NCBI RefSeq assembly: GCF_025526975.1
Contig: NW_026515687.1
Location: forward strand, 248,001 to 312,000
DNA length: 64,000 nucleotides
DNA from: Fimicolochytrium jonesii
Taxonomy: Eukaryota
Reading direction: 5' to 3'
Shown here: piece after piece, positions 12,701-25,816 of the stretch
Numbering within the stretch: the stretch's first letter is position 1
How the letters are laid out: the number at the start of each line of letters is the position of its first letter
Notes under the pieces: model-generated
Database searches by the model: none
Seen by the model: only the letters and a program-made list of their open reading frames with translations
Told to the model about the DNA's origin: nothing
Program-made: the position numbers and the translations under genes

Positions 12701-13170
12701 CGGGTCCAAATCTGGTCCGCCCAGACTGCGTTCTTGGTTGTTGACGCTACTATGCGTTGGAGGTAGTGGGTGTAATGCTGCGATGTCCAGTTCGCGGTCG
12801 TAGATGGATCTTCTAATTTCTTCTGTGTCGCATTGTTGCCACGCCCATCGAAGAACTGATCTATATCTGCCCGCACGCTGTCCGGCACCGCGGTGCCAGA
12901 ACCGCTCCTACTGAAGTTGTTGAGGCCTCTCCGTGAACTTTCCTCCGGTTTGCCAAGTCCGCCGACCTTCAACGCCTCCCTTGCCAGGACTGCCTCTGCG
13001 CTTGGGGTTGCTTCTGGGGTTGCTTCTGTGCTTGCACACCTGGCGGGTACGAGAGCATTGCTCGACGGGCGGGCGAGTGGGGCTCTTGTTTCCGAGGCCC
13101 GACACCGCGCCGTGACATTTAGCAGATCACGGACCGCAAGACGGCGTGCACGGATGCTTCTGGGCAGCAT
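9718..13170 (-). CDS. Pentatricopeptide-repeat (PPR) protein, probably mitochondrial
   Basis: ATG at 13170 with Arg-rich presequence-like start MLPRSIRARRL. PPR-like units (TYAAIIEVYGATGD, VYAGMISHYSR, VFEALIAFACRHGD). Probable in-frame intron 10079-9993. Confidence 0.8.
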   Translation of the reverse strand: MLPRSIRARRLAVRDLLNVTARCRASETRAPLARPSSNALVPARCASTEATPEATPSAEAVLAREALKVGGLGKPEESSRRGLNNFSRSGSGTAVPDSVRADIDQFFDGRGNNATQKKLEDPSTTANWTSQHYTHYLQRIVASTTKNAVWADQIWTRMKSTGVQPMPEFLLTLAQVYADQDSSRQSQREAAESQLDSLREKSEKGAEGTAGLILRTEKKVQELLDPRLLDPLEEVVGLGLKDYEKEIGASLLTLIFRVLGRRRDVSRVEDWIKVVGNLSLKPQAGTYAAIIEVYGATGDLYQAQKWYENFTKSSVSRREEGYVAFAAALTAAGRYAAAQDILENVVPKAATVSMATRSALARLFVLSGNIEGAKQLLDEIGKDHSSGRQHGHLVSQLLEPAVKEGHLEIAGKIVALLENDHLAVRRHAQLLSNYAVLCLQKDDIETGLKVFHMICAAAFNPSPPFTRALVTSLKAANREADIVDLFERALVAYGDNPALQARQSRHTLAMAITKLRHSDVRLLLKVHRVGMVDRHTALYSHSAQALTYTYDEAVRQQKEPKLSVTDFETLFHALFHSSFRNYEFGIRLLRYLDDMKRLGIAPNQTICDMGVTSLPRRTPPMPDYAIKWNQAMSELGLNAPEVTPEQAQAVLMPHETQRLDSQIKQHLRGNRIDEAVELMKYLYERSKAPQLSTIAELLKATANDLGSAAKVVEMTLEYASKCQEGTRHAFEDTVAQTIALTFMSRNGRVNQVSAIMAEMATKFGRNPYQAKHFTRFFNYAAAQQTLGESEWANIEKVFEEYKTIEKTLHTTLEKQFAEEVYIALVSMYQRAGKHTQVEQTFAQLKRLGLPLRDTVYAGMISHYSRISNDLSAAEQLFEEYVDEHWDKTLSLPPFSAIVEAYSAAGDLPEALRVMKLAESKGLHMAADTFALIISGLARKEGTTLPDLLAVKTMMVQKNLPPNEDVFEALIAFACRHGDLDAADQLYEEMTRVRRLGVSTGTYEVLVGAFTQAGKSVSAMKFRAAFDATKRRELQISLPPHPLSLYSLLELIIVVGFPHAGPTTPLENAALTLLLAHQTADGYTAAKAYYTAKMPPHLRNTETFTLIIDAAVRNADVEFASGVLHTMQGWAGVQAADVDKWREVVARARGA

Positions 13171-13631
13171 CGCTGTGGTGGGGCTGCCTGAGCTAGGTAT
13201 TAGAGACGACCACGCAGGGCTGGGTCCAGGCAGCACATTTGCGATTTGCGCAAGTGGGTTTGCAGCTCGGAAAGTTGCCTTGGATTGAGGGCGTGATCAC
13301 GTGGGGAGTTTAATGTCTCGGCTCGGACTCCAGCGACCTCCACAAGCTAAGGCGATGGTCGTGACAATCTTTGGCTGTGATGTCGAACCTCAACTCAGGA
13401 TTCCACCAATAACACCCCCCACGAGTTTTTCGGACGGGTCCCTGGCAGGCGGAGGCTATCAGTCCACTCTGACGCGGAAGCATTCAGGGCCGGTGTATAG
13501 TCAACGACCTATACCTATTGTTGAAGTATACCGACGGCGAAAAGAGTATGTCTTCGTACGGGGAGGCCGGGAGCATTGCGTAGACCTTGAACACCAGAGC
13601 GTCTCTCATTGCGGGCGGCCTCAACCCTGCG

Positions 13632-15949
13632 ATGACCCCACAGTTCCTTCGCATAGCAGCACTTTCGCTCCTCCTCCACCTCGGTTTCCTATTCTACGGG
13701 TTCGTCCAGGACCAACACCCCGTCGTAAAATTTACCGACGTCGATTACCTCGTCTTCACCGACGGCGCCCGCTTCGTTGCCGAAGGCAAATCCCCCTACC
13801 AGCGTGCGACGTACCGCTACACACCCGCTCTTGCCTTCCTCGTCCTCCCCAATGTCCTTGTTCACAACTTGTGGGGAAAGCTCCTGTTTTCCGTATGTGA
13901 TCTCGCGGCGGGATGGTTCACCCACAGCATCTTGCGAATGCAAGGGATGAACGCGGACCGCGCCGCGAAGTATTCGGCGATATGGCTCCTGAATCCTTTT
14001 GTCGTCGCGATATCGACGAGGGGCAACGCGGAGAGCATTGTCGCTGTTTTGACTCTGGGGACGCTGTGGACCCTTTTGGCCAAGCGGCCGCGATTGAGTG
14101 CAGTGCTGCTCGGTGTTAGCGTGCACTTCAAATTGTATCCGATCATATACGCCTTGCCGATATGGCTGTTTCTGGATGAGAGCTACTTTGGTGGAATACG
14201 TAATGGAATGGCTCCCGGGACGCTCTTACAAAGAGCTAAGCGATTCTTCTCGTGGCGCAGGATCGAGTATGGGTGCCTTAGCGGGATGGTATTTTTGGGC
14301 TTATCAGGATGTATGTTCAGCATGTAAGGACATTCCTGGATCTTCAGCTTCTGGGATGTGTGCCGGTCAAATTGATTCGTGTATTGGCGGATCGTAACGC
14401 AGATACGGCGACGAGTTCGTCGAAGAGACATATCTCTACCACATCACGCGAAAAGATCACCGACACAACTTCTCGGCGTACTTCTACCACATGTACCTTT
14501 CCTCCGCCCCTTCGAAAGTAGCCAGCTCGGCAACGCTTCCACCATGGGTCGCTTCGATCCTATCGTTCCTGCCGCAGTTGGGGCTGGTATCACTCCTGGG
14601 GACCTTCCTAGCAAAGGACGTCGTGTTTGCGTGCTTTGCACAGACTTTCGCGTTTGTCATGCTGAACAAGGTTTGCACGTCTCAGGTAGGTTGGGGAGTG
14701 AGAATGTGGAACCGTGACTGGATGGAGAACGCGCGTACTCAGATATGCCGACCTTTGCAGTACTTCATGTGGTACCTATGCTTCCTCCCCGTGATACTAC
14801 CAAACAGTCGACTGCTCGCCGACAAATGGAAGCAAGGAGTAGCTTTGCTGCTCACCTGGGTTGGCGGACAGGTGAGAAGCCACTTTGCGCTGACTATTAC
14901 AGGCATCCCACACTCACGCGCAACAACCGTGGCAGGCACTCTGGCTCTCACAAGCATATCGCCTCGAACATCTCGGTGAAAACACTTTCCGCAAACTCTG
15001 GGCAGCGGGACTCGGCTTCTACCTCATCAACGCGGTACTTCTCTCCACTCTGATATCCTCTCACACATATGAGCCTTTATTGGTGAATGGGAGTATAAAA
15101 CCAGCTTTTGGAAGGGGCGGGGTTTCACACACCTCGGTGAAGGATAGTCGGAAAGCACGACCGATTGTTAGGCCCTCCTCAAGTCGGGCTGTGAAGGAGG
15201 ATGAGAAAGAGGAGCCGGCGATTGTGGAAAAGTTGGAACTGGTGGAAAAGAAGTTGGGGGAGGGGGCGACACAGTTCGTTGTGCAGCGGAAAGCAGCTGG
15301 TTCATCTATAGGAGGCATGTTCGCGTTATTTGGAATAGCCGTTGGGATCGGGATCATGATGGTAAGCGGATCTGGTGCAAGTCCGAATTGGGAGTGGAGG
15401 TATCTTGAACTAAACCCGGTTTGAAATGCTTCGGCCTCGACTTAGCACAGAATGCTTGACTGCTCTATCCCTCTCTGCGCATTACCATTCGCTATCTTGC
15501 TCGCCGCCCATCTATCCGCGGTGCGTCAAGGTACGACCCCCTCCCTTCTTTCCTCCGCCCACCCATCCCACATCCGTCAATCTGATCCCCCAACCTTCCA
15601 TCTCCTCAGAATCAATAACATTCATCGGCTCCCTCGGCGTCTCCCTCCAAACAACCTACTCCCTCGGCCGCACCAAGTCCCGCTTCATACCCCTCGACCG
15701 CATCGCCGACGTCATCATCAACGAGGGGATCACGATGCTGACGGTGCGGTATTACATGGCGGTTATGGTGAAGGGGGAGAGGGAGATGATTGTGGTTTTT
15801 GAGGTAGGTTGTTTGCCTGGGGCATGAGGGGTTTATTTGGGAAGGAGATTGATTTGTGTTGGATACAGAACTTTATGCCGAAGATTGATGTGCTGAGGAA
15901 GGTGTATAAGAGTGGGAGGAGTATCTTGTTTGATCCGGTAGAGGGATGA
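13632..15949 (+). CDS. GPI14: GPI mannosyltransferase I (PIG-M/Gpi14), reading in frame into a PIG-H/Gpi15 domain (putative fusion gene)
   Basis: Exons 13632-14323, 14403-14685, 14761-14871, 14936-15361, 15446-15530, 15610-15803, 15869-15949, all GT-AG. PIG-M motifs KFTDVDY, SPYQRATYRYTP, STRGNAE, RKDHRHNFS, NKVCTSQYFMWY. PIG-H motifs ESITFIGSLGV, FIPLDRIADVIINEG, YYMAV, VVFENFMP. Confidence 0.8.
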
Positions 15950-16306
15950 GGGGGGTTTTTTGGCCGTGGGCTCGGCAGAAGACGGTGTATTTGTCCTTCG
16001 ATGTATGAGTTTCGTAGTATGGAAGTAGTCCATTGTAGCCTACCGTCGCAGCAAAGAGGTGCTACTTGTTTACGATGAAATGGATATGCACTGCCTATCC
16101 CTATTTTGCTGGCACTCGCAACTTTCCCTTGATGCTGTTGTGCGGGTTGAGATCCGAGACGCGCTGTCCGCCTGCCTGGACATGTTTTGCATGCTCAACT
16201 TTCGCAACCGGTTTCTGGCTCAGGGCCGTGAATGGAGGACAACGATAGACACCAAGTGACCGACTTCCGCATTCTTTCACGTTCTTTCAAGAAATAGCCT
16301 CCAGCG

Positions 16307-18576
16307 ATGCCAAGGTGGGTGAGCGCAGCACCGGGTGGAAGCGGCCAAGGCAATCGCAACTCAAAACAGACTTGTTCATTCCCAGGGAGATCATCACCCT
16401 TCAAGCAGGGCAGTGCGGAAACCAAGGTATGAGAACTTTGCACATCTTGTACACTACGACGCTTATGTATTGCGGCCCCGGCCAAAGTCCCGAAATATGT
16501 GCATAGGCGTGCGCTTTGTATTTCCATTTGTTAACCCAATTCTTGCAGTGGGCCAGGAGTTCTGGAGTCAATTATGCGCAGAGCACGGAATCAGCCCTGA
16601 TGGGACGCTGAAAGAGTACGCGACCGACGGGACGGATAGGAAGGATGTGTTCTTCTACCAGGTCAGGATAGGCGCCTGGGATGTTGTCGGAGGGGAGATC
16701 ACATGTGCAGACTTCTGACCGTACGACCAGGCCGACGATGAGCATTACATTCCACGCGCGCTACTGCTGGATTTGGAGCCTCGAGTATGTACTTCATCAT
16801 CAATTGCATTACCCTCGACTGGGGCCGGATTGCTAAACACGCAGCACCTCGCATTCCCCAGGTCATCAACAACATCCTAACATCCCCCTACGCAAACCTA
16901 TACAATCCCGAAAACATCCTGCAATCGAAAGACGGGGGAGGTGCCGGGAACAACTGGGCGGCTGGATACGCCCAGGCCGAGAAGATCCACGAAGATATAA
17001 TAGAGATGATTGATCGAGAGGCTGATGGGAGTGATAGCTTGGAGGTACGGGTGGCCGGCAGTGGGTGGATATGTGCAGAGACTTCGGGGCTGACGACAAG
17101 ATTATAGGGGTTCAATCTCCTCCATTCGATTGCGGGAGGCACAGGGTCCGGATTGGGATCGTCGCTGCTGGAAACGCTGAACGATAGATACCCGAAGAAG
17201 TTGATTCAGACGTATTCGGTGTTTCCGAATAGTCAGGAGACGAGTGATGTGGTAGTGCAGCCGTATAACTCTATGCTGAGTCTGAAGCGATTGACGCTCA
17301 ATGCTGACTCGGTGGTATGTGCTGTCACAGTCTAACACCATCCTGGCTCTAGGTAGCGCTGATAGAAAACCTACTTGTTTCTTTAGGTGGTCCTCGACAA
17401 TGCGGCTCTCAATAGGATCGCCGCTGACACCCTCCATATTCAAAACCCAACATTTGCGCAAACGAATCAATTGGTATGTTCAGCTCGCGTTTCGAAGTGG
17501 TGAACTACAAGGCCTTGCTAATTCCTCCCCTCTCAGGTATCCACCGTCATGAGCGCGAGTACCACCACCCTACGATACCCTGGCTACATGAACAACGACC
17601 TCGTGGGCATCATCGCTTCCCTGATCCCAACACCGCGATGCCATTACCTCATGACCAGCTACACACCGTTCTCTGGGGAGCAAGTTGAAAAGGTCAGTAC
17701 ACCCACTACCGGTGATAGCCTATTCGTGGCGGGTTTCGGTGGACTTACGTTCTGTAAACACGCAGGCAAAGAGCATCCGGAAGACAACGGTGCTGGATGT
17801 GATGCGGAGACTGCTGCAACCAAAGAACAAGATGGTGTCGATCACACCGTCCAAAAAAAGTTGCTATATTTCCATTCTGAACATTATTCAGGGAGATGCG
17901 GACCCAACAGATGTGAGTATACTTACGGCTTTCCCGAATTGTGTCATACCTACGGTGCTCATCACTTCCCATTTGCGTTAAATAGGTGCACAAATCATTA
18001 ATGCGTATACGAGAAAGGCGGCTTGCACAGTTCATTCCATGGGGACCTGCTAGCATCCAGGTCGCGTTGTCGAAGAAGAGTCCGTATATACCGACGGCCC
18101 ACCGTGTTTCAGGGCTGATGCTGGCAAATCATACCAGCATTGCATCGGTGAGTACTGCCAAGGGAAGCGCCGAATTGCTGGATAAACAATCGCTGACCTC
18201 CCCCGCTTTCCCTTTTGCAGTTGTTCAAACGCACAATGGATCAATACGACCGCCTGCGTAAGCGCAACGCGTTCTTGGAGCAATACCGTCGAGAACCGAT
18301 GTTTGCGGATGGGTTGGATGAGTTTGATGATTCGAGGTTCGTTCTTGCACGCGGGGACTTTGAATCGATAGAAAGCGATTTGCAGATCTGGCACTGACTA
18401 GGGCAATGTGCGCATGCTGTAGGGAGGTTGTGCAAGAGCTAATCCATGAGTATGAGGCTTGTGAGAGCCCTGATTACATTAGCTGGGTAAGTCTTTTCTC
18501 ATTTGGTGTGTCTCGTTTTCTGCTTTGATCTTCGTGACACTTTTTTTTCATTTAGAATTCAAAACAACCAGTTTGA
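16307..18576 (+). CDS. TUB4: Gamma-tubulin
   Basis: Spliced start [16 protein letters not shown]. Motifs [60 protein letters not shown]. About 12 short GT-AG introns. Confidence 0.95.
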
Positions 18577-19498
18577 AGCTTAAGAAGGCCGGATGGTGGA
18601 TGTTGGACTATAGATCACTCGGGCCGTAAACAGATGAATATTGTATATAGACGGCTGGACGAGAAGACATCAGGAACCATCCTTTGGCCATAGCAGGAAG
18701 GAATGCCGCATTTCAGGATAGAAGGTTCGCCCATTCCGTACTCGGGGAGAGAGTAGAGGGCAGTGGCTGACGGTTGTAGCTTGACACTATCAGATGCGTG
18801 GCGGCCGCTGAATGGTTGTGGGCATTGGGTGGTCCATGCTTTCCCAGCGTGTGTGTGGCAGCCTGGGGTATTGGAATCTGGTAGGAGCCCCTTCTTTTGC
18901 ACACTGCACATGGCATATCGGGCACATGCTATACTAGTTGCCAAGCCCGGGGGAAGGAGAAAAAAAGGGGCCATGATTTCTTACGAGTTGTGCACATCTT
19001 TTCTCGTCGGTTACCGGTGGTAATATCGTATCATGGCCCAAATATATATTTAGGGCAACACCCCAACTTGAATAGACGCTTTCACGCCAAGAGCTTCACA
19101 GCCTCTCGGACATATCCTCTGGTGTCATTGGCAAGGCACTGCACATGCACGCTGAGGAGACGTTGAAAGGTTGAATGGGGATCCAGTCGAAGTATCGGAG
19201 CTTCGCGAAACTTGCCATCTATCTTCAACGTGGTCCGACACATTCGGGGCCTTTCCCAGTTACAATCGCAGGGCGAAACTCGCTTCATCTGAACACTGCA
19301 TCCAGTCCACTGAGGGGTTAGTCAGTGTCGCAGGAGGAAAACAGGGGCGGCCGATAAAGCATAGACCTTATCAACAAAGCAACGATATTCGCTGGTCCTC
19401 CTTCCTACCATCGCAAATCGCTGGGTGTAGCTGCCGAACAACTCCGAACCGGACAAAGGCGCTGCTACCCTCAGCACGACACACCAACCCTAGCCTAG

Positions 19499-22191
19499 AT
19501 GAGCGGAATCCGGTCGGACTTCGGCGGGGCGCACCGCTTTGATGATCACTCCGACGAATACGAGGATGACCCTTCGCGCCCGGGCATAAAAAGAAAACGA
19601 AGTCATGTCGCCTGTGACACTTGCCAACGAAAGGTAGGACTTCTCTTCTACTATGTCCTTCAGAGCCGATGTCAAAGATACTCAAAGTGTACGACCACCG
19701 TCCATTACAGAAATTAAAATGCGACGGGGTGAAGCCGAGCTGCACCACCTGCCTGCAAACGTTTGCTGAATGCACGTATAGGTCCGAAGCACAGAAGCGG
19801 AGTCAGCACCTAGGCGGAGACCACTACATGCGTCATCTGGATTCACAAATCAAGCACATCGAGAGTGTCATCAATCCCGCGCAGACTGACAACGGAGCAG
19901 GGAATCCGTTTATATTGCCTTCGGACGGGAACGGTATAGAAAGAGCCAGTCAGGAGCGATTGAGAAGCCTGATGAAGGAAACCCAAGACCAAGCTGCCGC
20001 CGACGAGGACTTCAATCCACCGCAAATAAGCACATTGACGCAACAAGGGATCACTCAAATGCTGATCAACGAACTGATCAACATGTACTTCCACTATGTG
20101 TCGCCATTCTTCCCTTTCATCCATAAGTATACCTTCTACACCCGCATCGCCGAGCAACCTCCTCTCCTCGTCAACGCCATGTGTGCGTTTGCGGCTCGAT
20201 TCTCGACGAATCCGAAACTGGAATCTGGGAGCCCCGCCACTGCTGGGGATCTGTTCTACCTGAAAGCGAGAGATATGGTCGATCAAGCCATCGACAATCC
20301 TAGTGTCAGCTCCGTCTGCGCTTTGCTTCTTCTGACTTCGTATGCTGCGGAGGGTGGTAGAGGTAGGCAAGCCGGGTGCGGCGTTAAACACATTGATGGA
20401 GGAGGGCGGAAGCTCTAACCTGTGCTCCCTTTTTCAGAATCGGCTGCTTACATGTACTCGGGGATGGCAATCAGGATGGCGCAGGAGTTGAGGCTGAATA
20501 TCGAACCCGAGCTTGACCCGCTGAATCATAGTGAGCCTGTAACGATGAGCTGGCTCGAACGAGAAACGAGAAGACGGGTATGGTGGGGCTGTGTGATAAC
20601 AGATCGTTATACTGGAGTCAGTTCAGATCGCAATATGATCATCGACGAGAAGGATTGCAAAGTTTATCTGCCATCTGGAGATGCTGAGTGGGCAGGACCG
20701 GCAAATCAGTTGACTGTTGTGGGACCCCGAACGGAAGACCCGTTCCAGCTTGCGATCATGACTTCTAGCAGCACATTCACTCCTGGGATGCAACTCCAGA
20801 GTACGCTAGCATACTACGCCGTTCTGATTAAAATATTCGGCAAGATTGTCGAGCGCAACGCCGAACTGCGCGTGGCACACCGTTCGAAGCAAACAAGCTC
20901 GCCCATTTCGGAGAGCGATTATCAGCTGTCGGTCCTGGATGCATCATTACGCGAATGGTTTGCGGCTTTACCGGATTGGATGCGTGAACTTGGAAATGAG
21001 TTTGTTCCAGAGCTCGAATCGCGAAACCCGCCTCCGTGGTCCGTCGTGTACCTGCACATGCTCTACTACACGTGCGTGATCCTGCTGCATCGGCCGAAGA
21101 TGTTGGAAGCTTTGCGACAGTCAAGTTCTGGTGCCAATGCGCTCTTTCAAAATCCGGCGTTCTTGGTCTGCGTGTCGAGCGCCAACTCGATAGCCAGCAT
21201 CGCATCGAAAATGGCAATCATCAACCCGCACTACATCTTCATGACGTCCTTCGTTTCATTCTCCATATTCCAAAGCGGGTTGGTGCACTTGCTCTGCCTG
21301 CAACTTGGCAGTCAGGGTATACTCACCCCGAGTCAGGCACAAGCGACCTTCGTGGCACAAGCCCCTCGGAACGTGACCCTCCATCTCGAAGCCCTGAAGA
21401 GCATCAGCAAGTTCTATTTCCTTCCAAACAAGGGCTACCTGATCTATAAGAATCTACTCGACACGTGCAACGCATCGCTCACTTCTCTCCCGCGAACGAT
21501 TTCAGCAGCCGGCATCACCGCCTCTGATCGATCCCCGACACCAGCGGGAAGCGATCAACACGGCTCCGACTCCTTTGGCACGCCCGGCGCGACTCCCTCT
21601 CCCGGCGCGAACTTCGGATCATTGGACGGCACGTCGGCCTCCATGTCTACACCCTCGCAATACGGGGAGATCTCCCCGTCCGGCGGCTTCCAAGCTTTCC
21701 ACCAGCCGCTCTCCCGCGCTCTGAGCCAACCCACCACCCAGCAACAACCGCAATCCTTCATTTCCACCAATCACTTCTCGGCCGGAATCAACGCGGCCCT
21801 CCTCACCCAGATCCAACAACAATCCGGCTCGAATTTCACGACCGGTTTCGGTCCACCGCCCGCCACCTCGTCCCGATCGGCGGACACGACCGCGCAGTAC
21901 CACGAGGATTTCACCTACCTCGTCGGGCCGAGTGGGTCCAACAACAATGGTGGTGCTGGGCAATTTTCATCGTGGGAGAGCCTGATGGGCGCCGGCGGAT
22001 CCGCCATGGGATCGTCGGATAGTCTGAACCCGGATAACAGTGACCTGGCGATGGAGACGCAGGCTGGGCGGAAGAATTCGCTGCAGGGGGAGTATGCCGG
22101 GGGCGCCGGGCAACAGCAACAACAGCAGCAGAGTAATAATGCGTTCAGCATCCACCCTAGTTTCCTTGCGCGGCCGCCTGACCAGAATTGA
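19499..22191 (+). CDS. Zn(II)2Cys6 fungal transcription factor with fungal-specific TF middle domain
   Basis: ACDTCQRK|KLKCDGVKPSCTTC...CTY across intron 19634-19710; second intron 20363-20437. Middle-region motifs YFHYVSPFFPFIH, GMAIRMAQELRL, ETRRRVWW. Confidence 0.9.
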
Positions 22192-22749
22192 GGGCGTGCG
22201 TTTTTATGCCTCTGCCCTCCGTGCGCGAGGGCTAGCTTCTGCGCATTGTGACGGCCGGATGTTGTACAACACGTGGTTGCTGAGCGCTCTCCGCGGGGCA
22301 GAGACTTCCCGCGTTCGCACCTGACCCTGACTTCGTAGTTCTCACCTTTTAATGAGGAAGGGGGAGAGGAGAGCGAGGCGGCGGGAGATCATACGTAGTA
22401 CTTGTCTCCTGTCCATGATGTGAAACTTTTTTCTTATAATATACCCATCTATGGTTTTTTCTCTAGGTTCACCTGCATAGCTTTCGTGCCGATGAACCCA
22501 GTAACACTCTTGAGCCGTCTCTCCCATCTCATATCATATTATGGGCATGAAGACGCAGATGGGCGCGATGCAGTAATATATTCGGGCAGGGTGTTGGAGT
22601 AAAATGTACAATGGGTCAATGTCAATTCCCCCGGGTGTCGGTATGACGGTTGCGGGTGGGGTGGGGCGTGAGGCGTTGATGGGTAGTAGGTAGTAGCAGA
22701 AGCGTCGGGGTCGGGTGGTATAGCGGTATCTACACGAATTCACACGAGT

Positions 22750-25003
22750 TTACACAAGCTTGTACTTGCGAGCCCACCAGTAAACGAGACTGGCGATCGC
22801 GATCATGACGAGGACGATGCCGTAGAACCATGCTATAGAGCCCGCTTGGCCGGGGACTGTTACGTTCATTCCGAAGAGACCTGTTCCGAAAAAACGGGTC
22901 AGAACACCAATTCCGAGACATCTCATTGAGAAAGGCGAACATACCAGTCACAACATTCAACGGCAACAGGATAGACGCCATGGCCGTCATCTTCATAACG
23001 ACGTCGTTGGTCTTGTTGGACGCGACGGTGATCTCGATGGAGATTTGGGCGAGGTAGTTGGAGTGTGCGCGGCCGAGGGTTTTTTCGTAGTGTGAGAGGT
23101 TTTGGACCATTGCGATTGCGTGGTCTGCAAAAGATCCACGATGGCGAATGAGACAGTGTCGCTAGAGCGCAACAGATGACGCGCAAGCTCAACACCCACC
23201 TTGGATATCCCCCAGATAAAGACTCGTCTCCGAATCATCCGACAACCGTTGCCCACATCGTTTGATCACCGTCTTCAGCACATCGGCTTTAGTGCTCAGC
23301 AGCCGCAGCAGCTGCATGACCTTCTTCCGTGCGTGGCCGATCCGGCGGAGCATGTCGCTTTGTTCGGATTCTTTGAGGATGAGGACGAGGTCGTCGATCG
23401 AGTCGACTTCGAGCTCGATAAATTTGAGGAGGGGCATGAAGCCGTCGGTTATGTCGTCGATTAGGGCGTAGTTGATCCAGTCTGTCCGGAGGGGAAGGCG
23501 GGGGTGAGACCAGTGTAGTTTGAGGGAGAGATTCGTGGGGTGTGTATGTACCTGGTGTAACGTGCAGGCCGTACAACCGCAGTTGATCTATACGCTTCAT
23601 GACGTTGTTTGGGTGGGGCACCGCTTGGCAGTGGAACTGCGTCGGAGAGCGTCCCGGTCAATTCACAAGGTTCGACGTACGAAATGGCATGCAGTATACA
23701 GCGCAAGGGACTCACCGACAGCACGCACTCCTTCATGACGACGATAAACACGTTGATGGGCTGCATGTAGTTCGCGCTGTCCTCGTCGCTGTCAAACGTG
23801 CGCATGCAGATGAAGTAGTAGTGGAGGAAGATCTCGCATTTCTCGCGCGTTTCCTCGGTTTGGATGTCTTCGATGGTCAGTGGGTGGATTCCGAAGAGCT
23901 AATGGGCAAGCAAATGTAAGCAATGGATCTGCGGAACCTCTCACGTTTTCAGCGAATAGTAAACGCACCCGGCTGAAGGTGACCATCTCAGAGTGGGAGG
24001 GGTCCGTCACATCGATCCAGAACGGTCCCTGGGTGAGCGTCTCCCTGATGGTTCCACCACCCGTCGGCAACAGCAGCGATTCAAGCTTGTCCCCTCGTAC
24101 CACACCCGTCTTCTCCGAGTAGAACAGATACCGCGGGTCCTGCGGTGGGTCCTGGTACTTCTTCCACGTATCCCGCGGCGCGACGGGTTTGGTCGCCGCC
24201 GACCCAATGACCTCTGCCACTGCATCGAAATCCAGCGAGTAGTCTCCCTCTTGCGGCACGCACACGTCGCCGCCTTGACTTTCATGGTCGCTCCCGCTGT
24301 CCCCTCGACGCTCAGCATCGGGCCGGCTCACTGTGTTTTGGCTTGGTCGATAGTCATTGGCTTCGTCGCCTCCCAGTTTGAGGTCACTGTCTCTGTTCAG
24401 CCAACCAAGCGACATGCGTCGGGACCCTCGTCGCCGCGGGGACTGGGTTCCCTCATCCTCACTCGACAATCTCCGTCGCGCGCTGCCAGCAGCTCCAGTA
24501 AGATCTTCAAAGTTCCCACCGTCCGTCTGCTCTACTGTTGGTGAGACCGTGGCCTGACTCTGCAGCCAGAAGTCGTTCTCCCTCCCCGAGTCACCCGACA
24601 TCCGCCGCCGCGTCGGTCCGTTTGGTGGCGATGTATGACCTCCTTGAGGTAGTTGGTAAGCGCCTGCTGCCGAGAAAGATGCTGCAGACGCCGCGTTTGG
24701 GTCGGTAAAGTTGTATTGCGATGGCCGGCGTCCGGGGTTATTGAAGGAACCTTGGGTAGTAACTGGCGCTGGCCGAGCGTTGGAAGGACTGCTTAGTTCG
24801 CGATTGACAGCAGGCCGGGTATCGTTGGGCGTGGGAGCAAAGCGAGCCCTCAGCCGTGGGCTGGCGCTTGCCGGCTGTTCGATGTTGGTGAGGTTTTGGT
24901 TGCTGAGGTTCGACATGCTGCTCTCGATGCTGTTGTTGTTGCTTGCTCCGTCCGTCGGCAACAGTGGTGCCGAGTCGGTGACTGACGGCCTTCCGTCAGA
25001 CAT
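22750..25003 (-). CDS. CorA-family Mg2+ transporter (Alr1/Mnr2-like)
   Basis: Multi-exon. FWIDV, HPLTIEDI, REKCEIF, LSHYEKTLGRAHSNYLAQ, and the CorA signature GLFGMNVTVPG followed by a second TM helix. Confidence 0.9.
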
Positions 25004-25816
25004 TGTGAGGGTGGCAGCCTGCTGTATAGGTAGTGGATCGCTCTATAATTGGTCGAGAGACTGAGACTGCCAGTTTCGTCGACAGGTGTGAAGTCGCGGC
25101 CCCTCTTTCGTGCAATATACTTGGGCGCCGGAACGAAGCTTTCCGTATGGTCTATGCGGGTTAGCGGGCGGTAGACCGCAGTGCCCTGAGTTTCCAAGAG
25201 CGATGGCCATGTAAGGGACGAAAACAGGACAGGACTCTCAGGGAAAAAGACGTCCTCGAAAAGGAGAGGGAGTGTCCGGAGCACTGAGATGCACAGATAA
25301 GCAACCTGCGCGTGTTTTGGCGCCCATGCTAATCAAAACGGATTAGCACCCGGGGGAGAATCGGCCAGGAGCGCGCTAATCAAAGTGGAATCGAAACTCG
25401 GATTGTTCTCGGTCCACAACTATCGAACAGCGCCGCTTTTGCGAGGGAAGTCGCTGAACTTTGAAGGCGAGGGAAGAACAGCGATAACAGATATCGGGGT
25501 GCTATCACGTTGCATTCGTTTTACCTACTCTTGAAAAGTTACGTCCAACCGTTGCTTCGCCCGCTGTATTCCGTTGCGACATGCTCATTTGCCAAGTCTG
25601 GACGGTTTGGGGGGTTCTTGGACGGACCACAGACTTGAAGCGCTGGGCACTCGACAAGGTAGAGTATTAGGTACTGGTATATTTGCTATATAGGCAAGAA
25701 CCCTTCTATGTCGGGCACAGCCCTAAACAAGGTACTTCTATGGGTTCCAATAAACGGCGACTTGTAACAGAAGGGGAGGAAATTACGCCAAACAACTAAT
25801 GTGCAATCTCTATAAT

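Noticed and set aside
15317..15949. Standalone PIG-H gene starting at ATG 15317
   Set aside because: It would lack the cytosolic N-terminal part, and PIG-M would still have no stop codon. Not fully excluded without transcript data.
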